DNA of 64,000 bases, from NCBI GenBank assembly GCA_020637755.1, contig JACKJW010000009.1:35618-99617 (forward strand). Direction: 5' to 3'. The position numbers and the translations under genes were made by a program. Within the stretch, counting starts at the first letter, position 1, and each line of letters begins with the position of its first letter. Below are positions 1 through 10,623 of the stretch, piece after piece. The notes beneath the pieces are model-generated. The model did no database searches. It worked only from the letters and a program-made list of their open reading frames with translations, and was not told the DNA's origin. Origin of the DNA: Brucellaceae bacterium. Lineage in GTDB: Bacteria > Pseudomonadota > Alphaproteobacteria > Rhizobiales > Rhizobiaceae.

Positions 1-432
1 GTCCAGCGCTGCCTCGTAAAGTTGGCGCTCGGAATAGGACTGTTCGGGCTGGTTCTCGGCCCGATAGAGGTCGCGCACGACTTCCGAGATCGAGATCAGG
101 TCGCCGGAATTGATCTTGGCATCGTATTCCTGCGCGCGGCGCGACCACATGGTGCGCTTCACGCGGGCACGGCCCTGCACCACCTTGAGCGCGCGTTCGA
201 CATAGTCGGTTTCCGACAGCTTGCGCATGCCGATGGAGGCGGCCTTGGCGACCGGCACCTTCAGGCGCATCTTGTCCTTCTGGAAATCGATGACGAAAAG
301 TTCCAGCTTGTGACCCGCAACTTCCTGCTCCTCGATGGCGACGATCTGGCCGACGCCGTGGGCAGGATAAACGATGAACTCACCCGTCTTGAAACCCTGA
401 CGCTGTGCGGACTTTTTCTGCTGGGTAGCCAT
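1..432 (-). CDS. carD: CarD family transcriptional regulator (3' end outside window)
   Basis: Manual translation of minus strand from ATG at 432: MATQQKKSAQRQGFKTGEFIVYPAHGVGQI..., the CarD/TRCF N-terminal motif; typical position next to fdxA. Not in the ORF track. Confidence 0.93.
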   Translation of the reverse strand, partial: MATQQKKSAQRQGFKTGEFIVYPAHGVGQIVAIEEQEVAGHKLELFVIDFQKDKMRLKVPVAKAASIGMRKLSETDYVERALKVVQGRARVKRTMWSRRAQEYDAKINSGDLISISEVVRDLYRAENQPEQSYSERQLYEAALD

Positions 433-796
433 ACGCAATCTTACTCCCTGTTGGACCCGGGCAAAGCCGCCCGGATCAAGCCTTGGCCGGAGGTCCGGAA
501 AATCCGGGCCCGAAACGTCGCGAGACAAGACACGAAATCAGCCCTCAGGCTTTTCCACCGGTGCGACAGAAAACGCTCCGGCCAAGAAGCTTTTGGCCTG
601 ACTCTGTGCTTGAACCTTTCAATGATTAACGCATGAAGCGCCGAAAGATGATCGCGAAACCGGCATGATTGGGCCTGTTTAGCACATTTGGGGGATAGAA
701 TCAAGGTTTTGCTGCGAACGCGAAGGTGTCGCCGGAGACCATCCTGGCCTTCCGGTTAATGACGCTACGTCATCTTTTCCGGCGCATCCGCCGCTG

Positions 797-1135
797 TCAG
801 TCGCCGGAGCCTGGCTCGGCGGAAAAGTACTTCTCAAACTTGCCGGTTTCCCCGTCATACTGCTTGGCGTCGGCGGGATGATCCTTCTTGACCGTGATGT
901 TCGGCCATTTTTCGGCATAGTCGGTGTTGATCTTCAGCCACTTGTCGAGCCCCGGTTCGGTGTCCGGCTTGATGGCCTCGGCCGGGCATTCCGGCTCGCA
1001 GACACCGCAATCGATGCATTCGTCCGGGTGGATGACGAGCATGTTCTCGCCTTCGTAGAAGCAGTCGACAGGGCAGACCTCCACGCAATCGGTATACTTG
1101 CACTTGATGCAATTGTCGGTGACGAGATAGGTCAT
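797..1135 (-). CDS. fdxA: 7Fe ferredoxin (FdxA type)
   Basis: [29 protein letters not shown]...[12 protein letters not shown] cysteine pattern. Confidence 0.96.
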   Translation of the reverse strand: MTYLVTDNCIKCKYTDCVEVCPVDCFYEGENMLVIHPDECIDCGVCEPECPAEAIKPDTEPGLDKWLKINTDYAEKWPNITVKKDHPADAKQYDGETGKFEKYFSAEPGSGD

Positions 1136-1286
1136 TGAGCTGCTCCGGCTTCAAGGGAGACGGTTCTTGGGATCGCCAGTCAGGTATCGGTTTTGGCAGG
1201 CGCATGCAAGGGGGACGGATGGTCCGCATTGACGCAGCAGCGAAACGTTTTTCTGCGATGCGGCAAATTCGCGCAATCGAGACCGT

Positions 1287-1685
1287 TCAGGGTTTCAGCC
1301 GGTCGGTTTCCCGGCGTTCCCTCTTGGTTGGCCTGCCGCTTCCCGCATCGCGCAGCGCTGCCGGCGCCGGACCCTCATTGGCCACGCGCGGCGGCGCCGG
1401 AGGGCTCAGGTCCTCGTAGAGCAGGCGCGCCTCCTCGTAAGGTCCGCGCCGTGAGCCCGCAGCCAGCACCTTCAGCACGAGAATGCGCCGGTCCAGCGTG
1501 ACGGTCAGCACGTCACCGGACCGCACCGCCTTTGACGCATTGTCGGTCTTGTCGCGGTTGACGCGCACATGGCCCGCCTGGACGAGTTTGGCTGCCAGGC
1601 TGCGTGATTTCACGATACGCGCGAAAAAGAGCCACTTGTCGAGACGCTGGGCCGCACCGGGTGTGCCGGGCTGTTCGCCGCTCAT
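1287..1685 (-). CDS. S4-domain RNA-binding protein (Hsp15/HslR-like)
   Basis: RLDKWLFFARIVKSRSLA S4 motif and C-terminal GRPTKRERR. Confidence 0.92.
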   Translation of the reverse strand: MSGEQPGTPGAAQRLDKWLFFARIVKSRSLAAKLVQAGHVRVNRDKTDNASKAVRSGDVLTVTLDRRILVLKVLAAGSRRGPYEEARLLYEDLSPPAPPRVANEGPAPAALRDAGSGRPTKRERRETDRLKP

Positions 1686-1701
1686 GGCTGGCGCGACCGC
1701 G

Positions 1702-4700
1702 TCACTTGCCCATCTTGTCCTTCAGCGCGGCCAGTTTGGCAAAGGGCGAATCCGGATCGATGCGCTGCGGCTTTTCCGGACGCGGCGGGCGGGCTTCCAT
1801 CGGGGGCTTGCCGCCCTTCGGTCCACCATGGCGTTTTGGCCCCTTGTGGCGCTCGCCGCCCTTGTTGCGGTCACGGCCCTCTGGCTTGTCGCCCTGCCGG
1901 TCGCCACCGCCCCGCTGGTGCTGGCCACGGCCCGGCTGGCGCGGACGCCCGCCTTCGGGCCGTCCCTGCCGCCAGATGAGGACCGGCTTGGGCGCCTCGT
2001 CCGGCTCGCCGGATGCCGCCCCGCCACCGGAGCCCGCCGCACCTCCGCCAGCCGGTTCACCCGTGGGTGAGGGCGTGCCTTGTGCCGCCGGTTCAACGTC
2101 CGGCGCTTCCGCAGCAGGCAGTTCCTTGGAAGCGGTCTCCGCGGCGCCATCTGAACCTTCTCCCGAAGCTTCGGATGCGCCGTCCGCCTGCACGGCTCCG
2201 TCGCTGCCATTGCCAGCGGCCTCGCCCACAGCCTGGCCTTGAGCCTCTGCTTGCGGCGCCGCGGCCGCATCAAGTCCGGCCAGATGTGTTTCAACCGCCG
2301 CGGCTTCCTTCGGTTCGTGGCGGTAGCCGAGGCCCTTGAGGATTTCTTCCATGTCTTCGGCGGTCGCGCCGAGGATCGACATCATCGCCGGGGTGACGAG
2401 GAAAGCGCGCCCGTCATAGCCGCCGTCGGGACGCGGTCCCTGCCCCGGCTGCCATGACAGCGCCGGACGGATCAGGTCTGCCAGCCGCTCCAGGATATCG
2501 ACGCGCACCGAGCGACGGCCCAGATTGCGGAACCCGGCCAGCCGGTAAAATTCCGGCGCGAAGGCCGGGTCGGTGACCACGGACGTACGGCCCGCAGCCA
2601 TGGCAGATACAACATCGCCAAAGCCGGGCTTGTCCTTGCCGTCGTTGCCAAGCGCCCAGAGCAGCGTCACAAGCCCGGCGGGCGCCGGTTTCAGAAGGGC
2701 CGGAAGGAAGATGTGATAGGCCCCGAAGCGCACGCCGAGGCGGCGCAGCCTGCCGCGTGCATCCTGATCCAGCGACTTCACGTCATCGGCGATGTCGCGG
2801 CGGTTCACCACGCCGAGCGCCTCGACAAGTCGGAAGGCGACGCCGCGCGCCATACCCTCCAGCCCTTCGGCCGACTGAAGATCCAGAAGCGGCTTGAGAT
2901 ATTGCTCGACCTGCCAGTGAACGAAGCGTTCGGCCCGCGCCGCCACCTTGTCACGCGCCGGACCGGTCAATTGCTCGTCTGCCAGCAGGATCACCCGCGG
3001 CCTCAGCACATCCTCGCCTGCGGCAAGCGTGGCGACCGGCGCGCCCAGCCAGCGCACCATGCCGGAAGCCGTGTCGAGCGCCAGATCGCCATTGGCAGAC
3101 GCGGCAAATCGTTCCGCGCGCGCATCGAACTCGGCACCGAGCGCCTTTTGGGCAGCAGCGCGGATCGCCTTGGCGTCCTCGCCTTCCGCAGTGCGGTCGG
3201 CGGAAAAGCGGAAGCCCTGCAACTCGCCCACATGGTGGCCTTCAACGGTGACGGTTCCGGTCGGGCTGATTTCAGCTTCAAGCATGGTATTTTCTCTCAA
3301 GCGCTTCATGAGCACGGAAGTCCTGCGGTCTACGAACCGTTTCGTCAACCGTTCGTGCAGGGCATCCGACAGTCTGTCTTCGGTTTCCCGCGTTTTTTCC
3401 TGCCAGTGTGCCGGATCGGCAAGCCAGCCCGGACGGTTGGACACATAGGTCCAGGTGCGGATTTGCGCCACACGGGCCGACAGCGTGTCGATGTCACCGT
3501 CGGTCCGGTCGGCGCGCCGCACCTGCTCCGCCATGTAGTCCTCGTCCACATGGCCCCGGCGCACCAGATCGCGGTAGAGCTCACCGATCATGTCGGCATG
3601 CTGGGCAGGCGCAATGCGGCGGTAGTCAGGAAGCGCGCAGACATCCCACAGCAGACGCACACGATCATCGCCCTTCGCCATGGCACCAATGTCCGCGTCG
3701 CGGGAGAGATAGGCCAGCGCTTGCGCATCGACTGCAGGCAGCGCGCGCACCAGCCCCTCGACGGGTGCGGGCGTCTCGATGGAGCGCGCGAGCGCCTCCA
3801 CGGAGGAAAAATCGAAAGCTCCGGTGCGCCATTGCAGCACCTTCACAGGATCAAAATCGTGGGCTTCGAGCTTTTCGACAAGCTCCTCGTCAAAGGGATC
3901 AACCTGCCCGGTCACCCCGAACGTGCCGTCGCGCGTGTGCCGCCCGGCGCGCCCCGCAATCTGGCCGAGTTCGGCGGGATTGAGGTTGCGGTACTGGAAC
4001 CCGTCGAACTTGCGCTCCTGCGCAAAGGCCACGTGATCGACATCGAGGTTCAGACCCATGCCGATGGCATCCGTCGCCACCAGGAAATCCACGTCGCCCG
4101 ACTGGTAGAGCCCGACCTGCGCATTGCGGGTGCGCGGGCTGAGCGCACCGAGCACCACGGCGATGCCGCCACGCTGGCGGCGGATCAACTCGCCGATGGC
4201 GTAGACCTCATCGGCCGAAAAAGCGACAATGGCCGACCGGCGCGGCAGGCGCGTGATCTTTTTGGACCCGGCATAAGCCAGATGCGACATGCGTGGCCGG
4301 GTGACCACCGAAATCCCGCGCAGCAGCCTTTCCAGCACGCCCCGCATGGTGGCCGAGCCGAGCAGCAGCGTCTCCTCGCGTCCGCGCAAATGCAGGATGC
4401 GGTCGGTGAAGATATGGCCGCGTTCGAGGTCCCCGGCGAGCTGCACCTCGTCGATTGCGACGAAGGCGACATTGGTCTGGCGCGGCAGGGCCTCGACCGT
4501 ACAGACCGAATAGCGCGCGCCGGGCGGCGTGATCTTTTCCTCGCCCGTCACCAGCGCGACATTGGCCGCCCCGACCTTCTCGCAGACCCGGCCATAGACC
4601 TCACGCGCCAGCAGGCGCAGCGGCAGGCCGATCATGCCCGACGAATGCGCGATCATGCGTTCGATCGCCAGATGTGTCTTTCCCGTGTTGGTCGGGCCGA

Positions 4701-4764
4701 GAACGGCGGTCACGCCGCGCCCGGAAAGGACGAGCGGCTGGCCGGTCTCTGGGGCAGGTGTCAT
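1702..4764 (-). CDS. SUV3-like SF2 helicase (MgpS-like)
   Basis: GPTNTGKT Walker A, DEVQ, ATDAIGMGLN, QIAGRAGR; ATG at 4764 preferred over the ORF-track start at 4788. Confidence 0.9.
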   Translation of the reverse strand: MTPAPETGQPLVLSGRGVTAVLGPTNTGKTHLAIERMIAHSSGMIGLPLRLLAREVYGRVCEKVGAANVALVTGEEKITPPGARYSVCTVEALPRQTNVAFVAIDEVQLAGDLERGHIFTDRILHLRGREETLLLGSATMRGVLERLLRGISVVTRPRMSHLAYAGSKKITRLPRRSAIVAFSADEVYAIGELIRRQRGGIAVVLGALSPRTRNAQVGLYQSGDVDFLVATDAIGMGLNLDVDHVAFAQERKFDGFQYRNLNPAELGQIAGRAGRHTRDGTFGVTGQVDPFDEELVEKLEAHDFDPVKVLQWRTGAFDFSSVEALARSIETPAPVEGLVRALPAVDAQALAYLSRDADIGAMAKGDDRVRLLWDVCALPDYRRIAPAQHADMIGELYRDLVRRGHVDEDYMAEQVRRADRTDGDIDTLSARVAQIRTWTYVSNRPGWLADPAHWQEKTRETEDRLSDALHERLTKRFVDRRTSVLMKRLRENTMLEAEISPTGTVTVEGHHVGELQGFRFSADRTAEGEDAKAIRAAAQKALGAEFDARAERFAASANGDLALDTASGMVRWLGAPVATLAAGEDVLRPRVILLADEQLTGPARDKVAARAERFVHWQVEQYLKPLLDLQSAEGLEGMARGVAFRLVEALGVVNRRDIADDVKSLDQDARGRLRRLGVRFGAYHIFLPALLKPAPAGLVTLLWALGNDGKDKPGFGDVVSAMAAGRTSVVTDPAFAPEFYRLAGFRNLGRRSVRVDILERLADLIRPALSWQPGQGPRPDGGYDGRAFLVTPAMMSILGATAEDMEEILKGLGYRHEPKEAAAVETHLAGLDAAAAPQAEAQGQAVGEAAGNGSDGAVQADGASEASGEGSDGAAETASKELPAAEAPDVEPAAQGTPSPTGEPAGGGAAGSGGGAASGEPDEAPKPVLIWRQGRPEGGRPRQPGRGQHQRGGGDRQGDKPEGRDRNKGGERHKGPKRHGGPKGGKPPMEARPPRPEKPQRIDPDSPFAKLAALKDKMGK

Positions 4765-4988
4765 GGCACTTCCGGTCTTTCGGGCCACCCGGCATCATCG
4801 CCGGGCCGCAGTTCAAAGCATATCAGCGCTCAGACCTGCAAGGGCAAGAGGGCGAATTGACGGCGTGCCACCCTCCCGTACCGGGAACGGGAGTGGAACG
4901 AAACGGCGACGAATCGCTGACTCGTAAGGGTTGCATCTTTGTTCCGGTACCGAATCGGAGGTGGAATTCGGAGCAAGCGCAACCGCGA

Positions 4989-5360
4989 TCAACTGGTCGC
5001 CTGGCAGCGCGTCCACGTTTCCGGTGTGCCGGGTTTGCCACCGGTGCTGCGGATCAGGACCATTTCCTCGTCCGACAATTGCCGCATCTCGACAATCTGC
5101 CCGGCTTCCGGGTCACCTTCCGGCGCCTCATACCGGAACCCGTGCCGCCAATAGCTGCCGATGGTCTCCGCGCCTGAGGGGAGCGTGATCGCCGGTCCGT
5201 CGATTGCCAGATGCTGACCGGAAGCCGAACACCAGTCGCCGTCGATCTGATCCGCCTGCGCAGGCAGGGGGAGCGTGGCAACCATCATGACGCCGAACAT
5301 GAGCCGCGCCGCCGTTCCAGGGCGGGCGAACAAACGCGATGGTCTGATTGGCAGCAGCAT
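4989..5360 (-). CDS. Small exported hypothetical protein
   Basis: Signal-peptide-like stretch ending PAQA, then DQIDGDWC...WTRC; start codon uncertain. Confidence 0.6.
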   Translation of the reverse strand: MLLPIRPSRLFARPGTAARLMFGVMMVATLPLPAQADQIDGDWCSASGQHLAIDGPAITLPSGAETIGSYWRHGFRYEAPEGDPEAGQIVEMRQLSDEEMVLIRSTGGKPGTPETWTRCQATS

Positions 5361-5422
5361 GGCCGGATCCGAAGGGAATGTTCCGGCCCAGCTTGCCACA
5401 GGCCGCGATGCCCAACAAGCAA

Positions 5423-5451
5423 GGGGCGGCGCCGTATGCCGGCACCGCCCC
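5423..5451 (-). terminator. Intrinsic terminator after phbB
   Basis: GC hairpin GGGGCGGTGCCG/CGGCGCCGCCCC followed by TTGCTT on the minus strand. Confidence 0.55.
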
Positions 5452-5477
5452 CGTCTATCGTGAAACCAGGTCAGAAA

Positions 5478-6203
5478 TCAGCTGAAGAACTGGCCGCCAT
5501 TGGCCGAGATCGTCGAACCGGTGATGAAGCCGGCATCGTCGGAGGCCAGGAAGACCACGCAGCGCGCGATTTCCTCCGGCTCGCCGAGGCGGCCGACCGG
5601 GATCAGCGGAATGATGCGCTCGTTCAGCACCTTTTCGTCAATGGCGCGCACCATGTCGGTGCCGATGTAGCCCGGGCAGACGGCGTTGACCGTGATTCCG
5701 CCGCGCGCGCCTTCCTGCGCCAGGGCGCGGGTGAAGCCGATATCGCCCGCCTTGGCGGCCGAGTAGTTGGTCTGACCGGCCTGACCCTTCTGGCCGTTGA
5801 CCGACGAAATGTTGATGATGCGGCCGAACTTGCGCTCGCGCATGCCGTTCCACACACCGTGCGCCATGTTGAAGACGCCGGTGAGGTTGGTGTTGATGAC
5901 TTCAGACCACATCTGCGGGGTCATCTTGTGGAACATGCCGTCACGCGTGATGCCCGCATTGTTGACCAGCACATCGACCGGGCCCAGATCGGCCTCGATC
6001 TGCTTCAGGCCAGCGGCACAGGCATCGTAATCGGCAACCGACCACTTGTAGGTCTTGATGCCGGTTTCGGCGGTAAACTTGGCCGCAGCCTCGTCATTGC
6101 CGGCATAGTTGGCCGCAACCGTGTAACCGGCATTCTTGAGGGCGATGGAAATAGCCGCGCCAATGCCGCGCGAACCACCGGTGACAACTGCAACTCTGCT
6201 CAT
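5478..6203 (-). CDS. phbB: Acetoacetyl-CoA reductase
   Basis: SDR TGGSRGIG, NNAGITRD, SSVNGQKGQAGQTNYSAAK; directly downstream of the thiolase. Confidence 0.96.
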   Translation of the reverse strand: MSRVAVVTGGSRGIGAAISIALKNAGYTVAANYAGNDEAAAKFTAETGIKTYKWSVADYDACAAGLKQIEADLGPVDVLVNNAGITRDGMFHKMTPQMWSEVINTNLTGVFNMAHGVWNGMRERKFGRIINISSVNGQKGQAGQTNYSAAKAGDIGFTRALAQEGARGGITVNAVCPGYIGTDMVRAIDEKVLNERIIPLIPVGRLGEPEEIARCVVFLASDDAGFITGSTISANGGQFFS

Positions 6204-6316
6204 AGGTTTCTCCTCCCTGAGATAGTCAAAAATGGATGGCCAACAGCAAGCGGAAGAGACGAAGAAATGCTCTCCGTCTCCCTCCTTGCCACTTGCTGCT
6301 GGCTATTGGCCGTTTC

Positions 6317-7495
6317 TCACATCAGCTCGAAGCAGGCCGCGATGCCCATGCCGCCGCCGATGCAGAGCGTTGCGAGGCCCTTCTTGGCGTTGCGGCGCTT
6401 CATCTCGAAAGCCAGCGTGTTGAAGATGCGGGCGCCCGACGCGCCGACCGGGTGACCGATGGCAATGGCGCCGCCGTTCACGTTGACGATGTCCGGGTTC
6501 CAGCCGAGATCCTTGTTGACGGCCAGCGCCTGTGCCGCGAAGGCCTCGTTGGCTTCCACCAGATCGAGATCGTCCACGGTCCAGCCGGCCTTCGCCAGCG
6601 CCTTGCGCGATGCCGGGATCGGGCCGGTGCCCATGATCTGCGGATCGACGCCGGCGGTCGCCCAGGAGACGATGCGCAGCATCGGCTGGATGCCGCGGCG
6701 CGCCGCTTCCTCTTCCGACATCAGAACGGCAACGGCGGCGCCATCATTGATGCCCGATGCGTTGCCGGCAGTCACGGTGCCTTCCTTGTCGAAGGCGGGA
6801 CGCAGCTTGCCCAGCTGTTCCGCCGTCACGCCATGCTTGATGAACTCGTCGTCGGAAATGACCACATCGCCCTTGCGGGTCTTCAGCGTGACCGGGATGA
6901 TCTCGTCCTTGAAGCGGCCGGCCTTCTGGGCAGCTTCGGCCTTGTTCTGCGAACCGGTGGCGAAGACGTCCTGCTCCTCACGGGTGAGCTGCCACTGGCG
7001 CGCCACGTTCTCTGCGGTGTTGCCCATGTGGTAGCCGTAGAAGGCATCGGTCAGGCCGTCCTTGAGCATGGTGTCGAGCAGCTTGATGTCGCCCATCTTG
7101 GTGCCGTTGCGCATGTGGGCCACGTGCGGCGCCATCGACATGCTTTCCTGTCCGCCCGACACGATGATGTTGGCGTCGCCATTGGCAATCTGCTGCATGC
7201 CGAGCGCGATGGAGCGCAGGCCGGAACCGCAGAGCTGGTTCATGCCCCAGGCCGTGGCTTCCGCCGGAATGCCGGCATTGATGGCTGCCTGACGGGCCGG
7301 GTTCTGGCCGGCGCCGGCAACGAGGATCTGGCCGAGGATGACCTCATCCACTTCCTTGGCATCCACACCGGCGCGCTCCAGGGCCGCCTTGATCGCGATG
7401 GTGCCAAGCTCGTGGGCATGCGTATTTCCGAAGGATCCGTTGAAGGACCCGACCGGAGTGCGCGCCGCGCTGGCGATGACGACGGATTTCGACAT
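6317..7495 (-). CDS. phbA: Acetyl-CoA acetyltransferase (beta-ketothiolase)
   Basis: [30 protein letters not shown]; ATG at 7495 with upstream GGGAGAG. Confidence 0.96.
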   Translation of the reverse strand: MSKSVVIASAARTPVGSFNGSFGNTHAHELGTIAIKAALERAGVDAKEVDEVILGQILVAGAGQNPARQAAINAGIPAEATAWGMNQLCGSGLRSIALGMQQIANGDANIIVSGGQESMSMAPHVAHMRNGTKMGDIKLLDTMLKDGLTDAFYGYHMGNTAENVARQWQLTREEQDVFATGSQNKAEAAQKAGRFKDEIIPVTLKTRKGDVVISDDEFIKHGVTAEQLGKLRPAFDKEGTVTAGNASGINDGAAVAVLMSEEEAARRGIQPMLRIVSWATAGVDPQIMGTGPIPASRKALAKAGWTVDDLDLVEANEAFAAQALAVNKDLGWNPDIVNVNGGAIAIGHPVGASGARIFNTLAFEMKRRNAKKGLATLCIGGGMGIAACFELM

Positions 7496-7629
7496 TGTTT
7501 CTCTCCCTTGAGAAGCTCGATGAAAAATTCGGGCGACAGTGTTTGACCGAAGAAAGCGTGAAGTCAAACAAGACCATTGGCGCACAACCAAGGCCATCTC
7601 CTGCCCCCGGGTCAAGGGGCTAAGAATGT

Positions 7630-7666
7630 TGCGTTGCAGCAGCGCCAATGAGGATGCAGTGCACAA
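7630..7666. promoter_or_regulatory. Two candidate PhaR boxes between the divergent phbA and phaR
   Basis: TGCGTTGCAGCA (7630-7641) and TGCAGTGCACAA (7655-7666) fit the TGCRNYGCASMA motif recalled for rhizobial PhaR. Confidence 0.65.
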
Positions 7667-7764
7667 ACCATTTGGAATCCACGGCCAAAAGTGCATATGC
7701 TGAAAAATCATGCACTGCGGCGGGCGAGTCCCGTTCGCGGTTCGGCCGAATGGGGAGGCAACAC

Positions 7765-8373
7765 ATGGCAGAAGGCAAGGACGCCGTGATTATCAAGAAA
7801 TACGCCAACCGGCGTCTCTACAACACGGGAACGAGCACCTATGTCACGCTTGAAGACCTGTCGGAAATGGTCAAGCGCGGCGAGGAATTCACGGTTCAGG
7901 ATGCGAAATCCGGTGAGGACATCACCCACACCGTGCTGACGCAAATCATCTTCGAACTGGAGAACCGTACCGGACAGTCCATGTTGCCCGTCTCCTTCCT
8001 GCGTCAACTCATCTCCTTCTACGGCGACCAGATGCAGATGATTGTTCCGAGCTATCTGGAACAGTCGATGCTTGCCTTCTCCAAGGAGCAGGAGCGCTTC
8101 CGCGAGCAGATGACCCAGGCTTTCGGCAACACACCGATGGCGTCCATGATGGACAATTCCGCGGTCAAGGCGCTGGAAGAGCAGACTCGCCGGAACATGG
8201 AGACGTTCCAGAACGCCATGCGGATGTTCTCTCCCTTCTCCGCCATGCAGGGAAAATCATCCGAAGCCACGGAAAAGCCTGCCAAGGAAAAGTCCGCCAA
8301 GGATGACTCGCTCGACGATCTGAAGGAACAGATCGCGGCCATGCAGCGCAAGCTCGACCAGATGGGCAAGTAA
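7765..8373 (+). CDS. phaR: Polyhydroxyalkanoate synthesis repressor
   Basis: [22 protein letters not shown]-terminal motif; GGAGG RBS before ATG 7765. Confidence 0.96.
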   Translation: MAEGKDAVIIKKYANRRLYNTGTSTYVTLEDLSEMVKRGEEFTVQDAKSGEDITHTVLTQIIFELENRTGQSMLPVSFLRQLISFYGDQMQMIVPSYLEQSMLAFSKEQERFREQMTQAFGNTPMASMMDNSAVKALEEQTRRNMETFQNAMRMFSPFSAMQGKSSEATEKPAKEKSAKDDSLDDLKEQIAAMQRKLDQMGK

Positions 8374-8807
8374 CGGCCGGGCCGCTGACGGACGGGCAAC
8401 GGCCCGTCCCTTTTCCGTAACGCACGGAACGATCACGCCCTGTCCGCATCGTCGGCCCCGCGTCTGCCTGACCGGAACCGGCGCAAGGGAACCGTCCGGT
8501 TCGCCTGTTGCAAGGTCGCGCCGCGCTTCATGCCATCGGCCCGGATTTCAGTCCGGCAGGCCGCACCCGCACGGCGCCTGGCATCTGGGCCCGCGATGCC
8601 CTTCACCCCCGTCCGTGACGAATCACAGGCAATTCTCCACGCGTTAGTGGCATCAAGCGGTGCAGGATAATGCAAGGTTCTCCGCCTGCCGTATGCACGC
8701 TGGCAAAAGGCGCCGCGCAGGATTTTTTGCGTCCGCAAAATCCTGCACGCAGCAAAAAATGCCGGCGGCACGCAAGGTCTGGTCGAATCAGCGCTGAAGG
8801 ACGGCCG

Positions 8808-9209
8808 TCAGTGGAAGGACACGTCGCGCCCTGCCGAGCGGATCGAGACTGAAAATCCGGCGAGCACATCGATCAGCGCGATGATCATGAGCGTGAAAAA
8901 TATCTGCGTCGCCGCACCGCGCACGAGCAGGAATTCCACCAGATAGGCCACGAAGACGAAGGTGGACAGCAGGTGATCGACCACCGAGGCATTGCTGGTG
9001 CGCGTCGATTTCATGATCTCGAAGAACAGAAGCACCAGAGCGCTGAGCACCACCAGGCCGCCCGTGGTCAGCGCAAACTGCCCGCCCGACATCATGGTCA
9101 TGGCGAACACGATCCCGGAAAACGGATCGCCCGGCACGCCGAACATTCCGGCAAGGCCCAGATTGTAGAGGATGAAGGGAATGACGAGCAGGGGGATCAG
9201 GCCGATCAC
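8808..9209 (-). CDS. Conserved small membrane protein
   Basis: Four hydrophobic segments, EIMKSTRT...DHLLS motif. Confidence 0.8.
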   Translation of the reverse strand: MIGLIPLLVIPFILYNLGLAGMFGVPGDPFSGIVFAMTMMSGGQFALTTGGLVVLSALVLLFFEIMKSTRTSNASVVDHLLSTFVFVAYLVEFLLVRGAATQIFFTLMIIALIDVLAGFSVSIRSAGRDVSFH

Positions 9210-9303
9210 GGGCAGCGCTCCATGTCTGTTGCAGGCCGATGGTGAATCGGCGGGACAGGACCCGTCAACCCCTCAAACGGCACCCGGCACCGACCCGGCC
9301 ACG

Positions 9304-9340
9304 AAACAGGGGACCGGCTCCTTGCGGAACCGGTCCCCTG
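9304..9340 (-). terminator. Intrinsic terminator after rpmF
   Basis: CAGGGGACCGG/CCGGTCCCCTG inverted repeat followed by TTT on the minus strand. Confidence 0.7.
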
Positions 9341-9368
9341 AAAGATCAGACCGGAAAAGGCGTCAGCC

Positions 9369-9548
9369 TTATTCCTTGGCTTCGAGCACCTGACGGCCGC
9401 GATACATGCCGGTCTTCAGATCGACATGATGCGGGCGGCGCAGTTCACCCGAGTTCTTGTCCTCGACATAGGTCGGGTTCTTGAGCGCGTCGGCAGAGCG
9501 GCGCATGCCACGCTTGGACGGGCTTACTTTTCGCTTCGGTACAGCCAT
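9369..9548 (-). CDS. rpmF: 50S ribosomal protein L32
   Basis: Manual translation [59 protein letters not shown] (59 aa, below the ORF-track cutoff); Cys-free type. Confidence 0.97.
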   Translation of the reverse strand: MAVPKRKVSPSKRGMRRSADALKNPTYVEDKNSGELRRPHHVDLKTGMYRGRQVLEAKE

Positions 9549-9694
9549 TCTTCTTACTCCGGTATCACTGACAAGAAGCCGGGTGCCCGCAAACGACAGG
9601 GCGGCAATCCGGTTCCTGAATCCTGAAATCCGGCGAGCCTATACACGCACCCGAACCGTTTGACCAGCGCCGCAGCAAAAAAATCGGCGGGTCT

Positions 9695-10471
9695 TCAGCC
9701 CTTCACGCAGTCCGCATAACCGCCCGCCCGCGCCGCCCGGCGCTGGATCAATTGTGCGATGCGGTTCATGCCAGGCGACGGTTTGGACGGGTTGCGCAGT
9801 GCCGGATTCGGCAGTGCCGCCGTCAGCAGCGCAGCCTGCCGTGCCGTCAGCCGCGCGGCGCTGCGTCCGAAATGGTGCTGTGCAGCCGCTTCGACACCGT
9901 AAATGTTGGGACCAAGCTCAACAATGTTGAGATAGATTTCCATGATCCGCCGTTTCGACAGGATCAGGTCGTAGACCAGCGCATAGGGCGCCTCCAGAAG
10001 CTTGCGCACATAGGATCGGCTGGACCAGAGATAGAGGTTCTTGACCGACTGCATGGGAATGGTGGATGCCCCGCGCACGCCCTCGCCATCCAGCGCATCG
10101 CTGACCACATCGTTCAGGGCACCCCAGTCGATGCCGTTGTGCCGGCAGAATTGCCCGTCCTCCGACATGATGACCGACTGCGCCATCACCGGCGCAATCT
10201 CGTCGAGCCTCACCCATTTGCGGTCATAGCCCTTCAGCGTGGCGAGATCGGCCAGCATCAGCGTTGAGACCGGATGGACCACCGGCACCGCATAGAGCAG
10301 CGTGAGCACCACCGGGACCAGCGCAAGACCGCCCAGCGCAAGCGCCAGCCGCCTCAGCCAGGTCTGGCGGGCATTTGGCACTTTCACCTTGCGCTTTGCA
10401 CCCTTCCGGCTGCGCTGCGCAGGCCTGGCCCGCGCTTCGGCCTTAACGGTGGGAATATCCTTCGTGTCCAA
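9695..10471 (-). CDS. mtgA: Monofunctional peptidoglycan transglycosylase
   Basis: SEDGQFCRHNGID, RGASTIPMQSVKNL, RKLLE GT51 motifs; start uncertain (TTG at 10471 chosen). Confidence 0.88.
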   Translation of the reverse strand: MDTKDIPTVKAEARARPAQRSRKGAKRKVKVPNARQTWLRRLALALGGLALVPVVLTLLYAVPVVHPVSTLMLADLATLKGYDRKWVRLDEIAPVMAQSVIMSEDGQFCRHNGIDWGALNDVVSDALDGEGVRGASTIPMQSVKNLYLWSSRSYVRKLLEAPYALVYDLILSKRRIMEIYLNIVELGPNIYGVEAAAQHHFGRSAARLTARQAALLTAALPNPALRNPSKPSPGMNRIAQLIQRRAARAGGYADCVKG

Positions 10472-10623
10472 GGGCTGCTCGCATCGCGGTAGCGGCCTTC
10501 CGGCCGGATCGGTCTCTCCATAGTGACCGGCAGCGCGCGCGGCAACAAGCCCCCGCAACGGCCAATGCCGTTTCATCACGAACCCTTCTTGACCGCGCGC
10601 GCGATTGCGGGCATCGCGTTGCC

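Noticed and set aside
578-591. Partial match of the putative guide (CCGGCCAAGAAGCT) upstream of carD
   Set aside because: Needs a 2-nt gap and a mismatch in the seed; expected by chance at this GC content.
22-636. 204-aa plus-strand ORF
   Set aside because: Antisense shadow of carD.
2713-4860. Long antisense ORFs (also 14418-16331, 27342-29111, 41839-44511, 47659-49167)
   Set aside because: Shadow frames opposite well-supported genes, typical of high-GC codon bias; no domain motifs.
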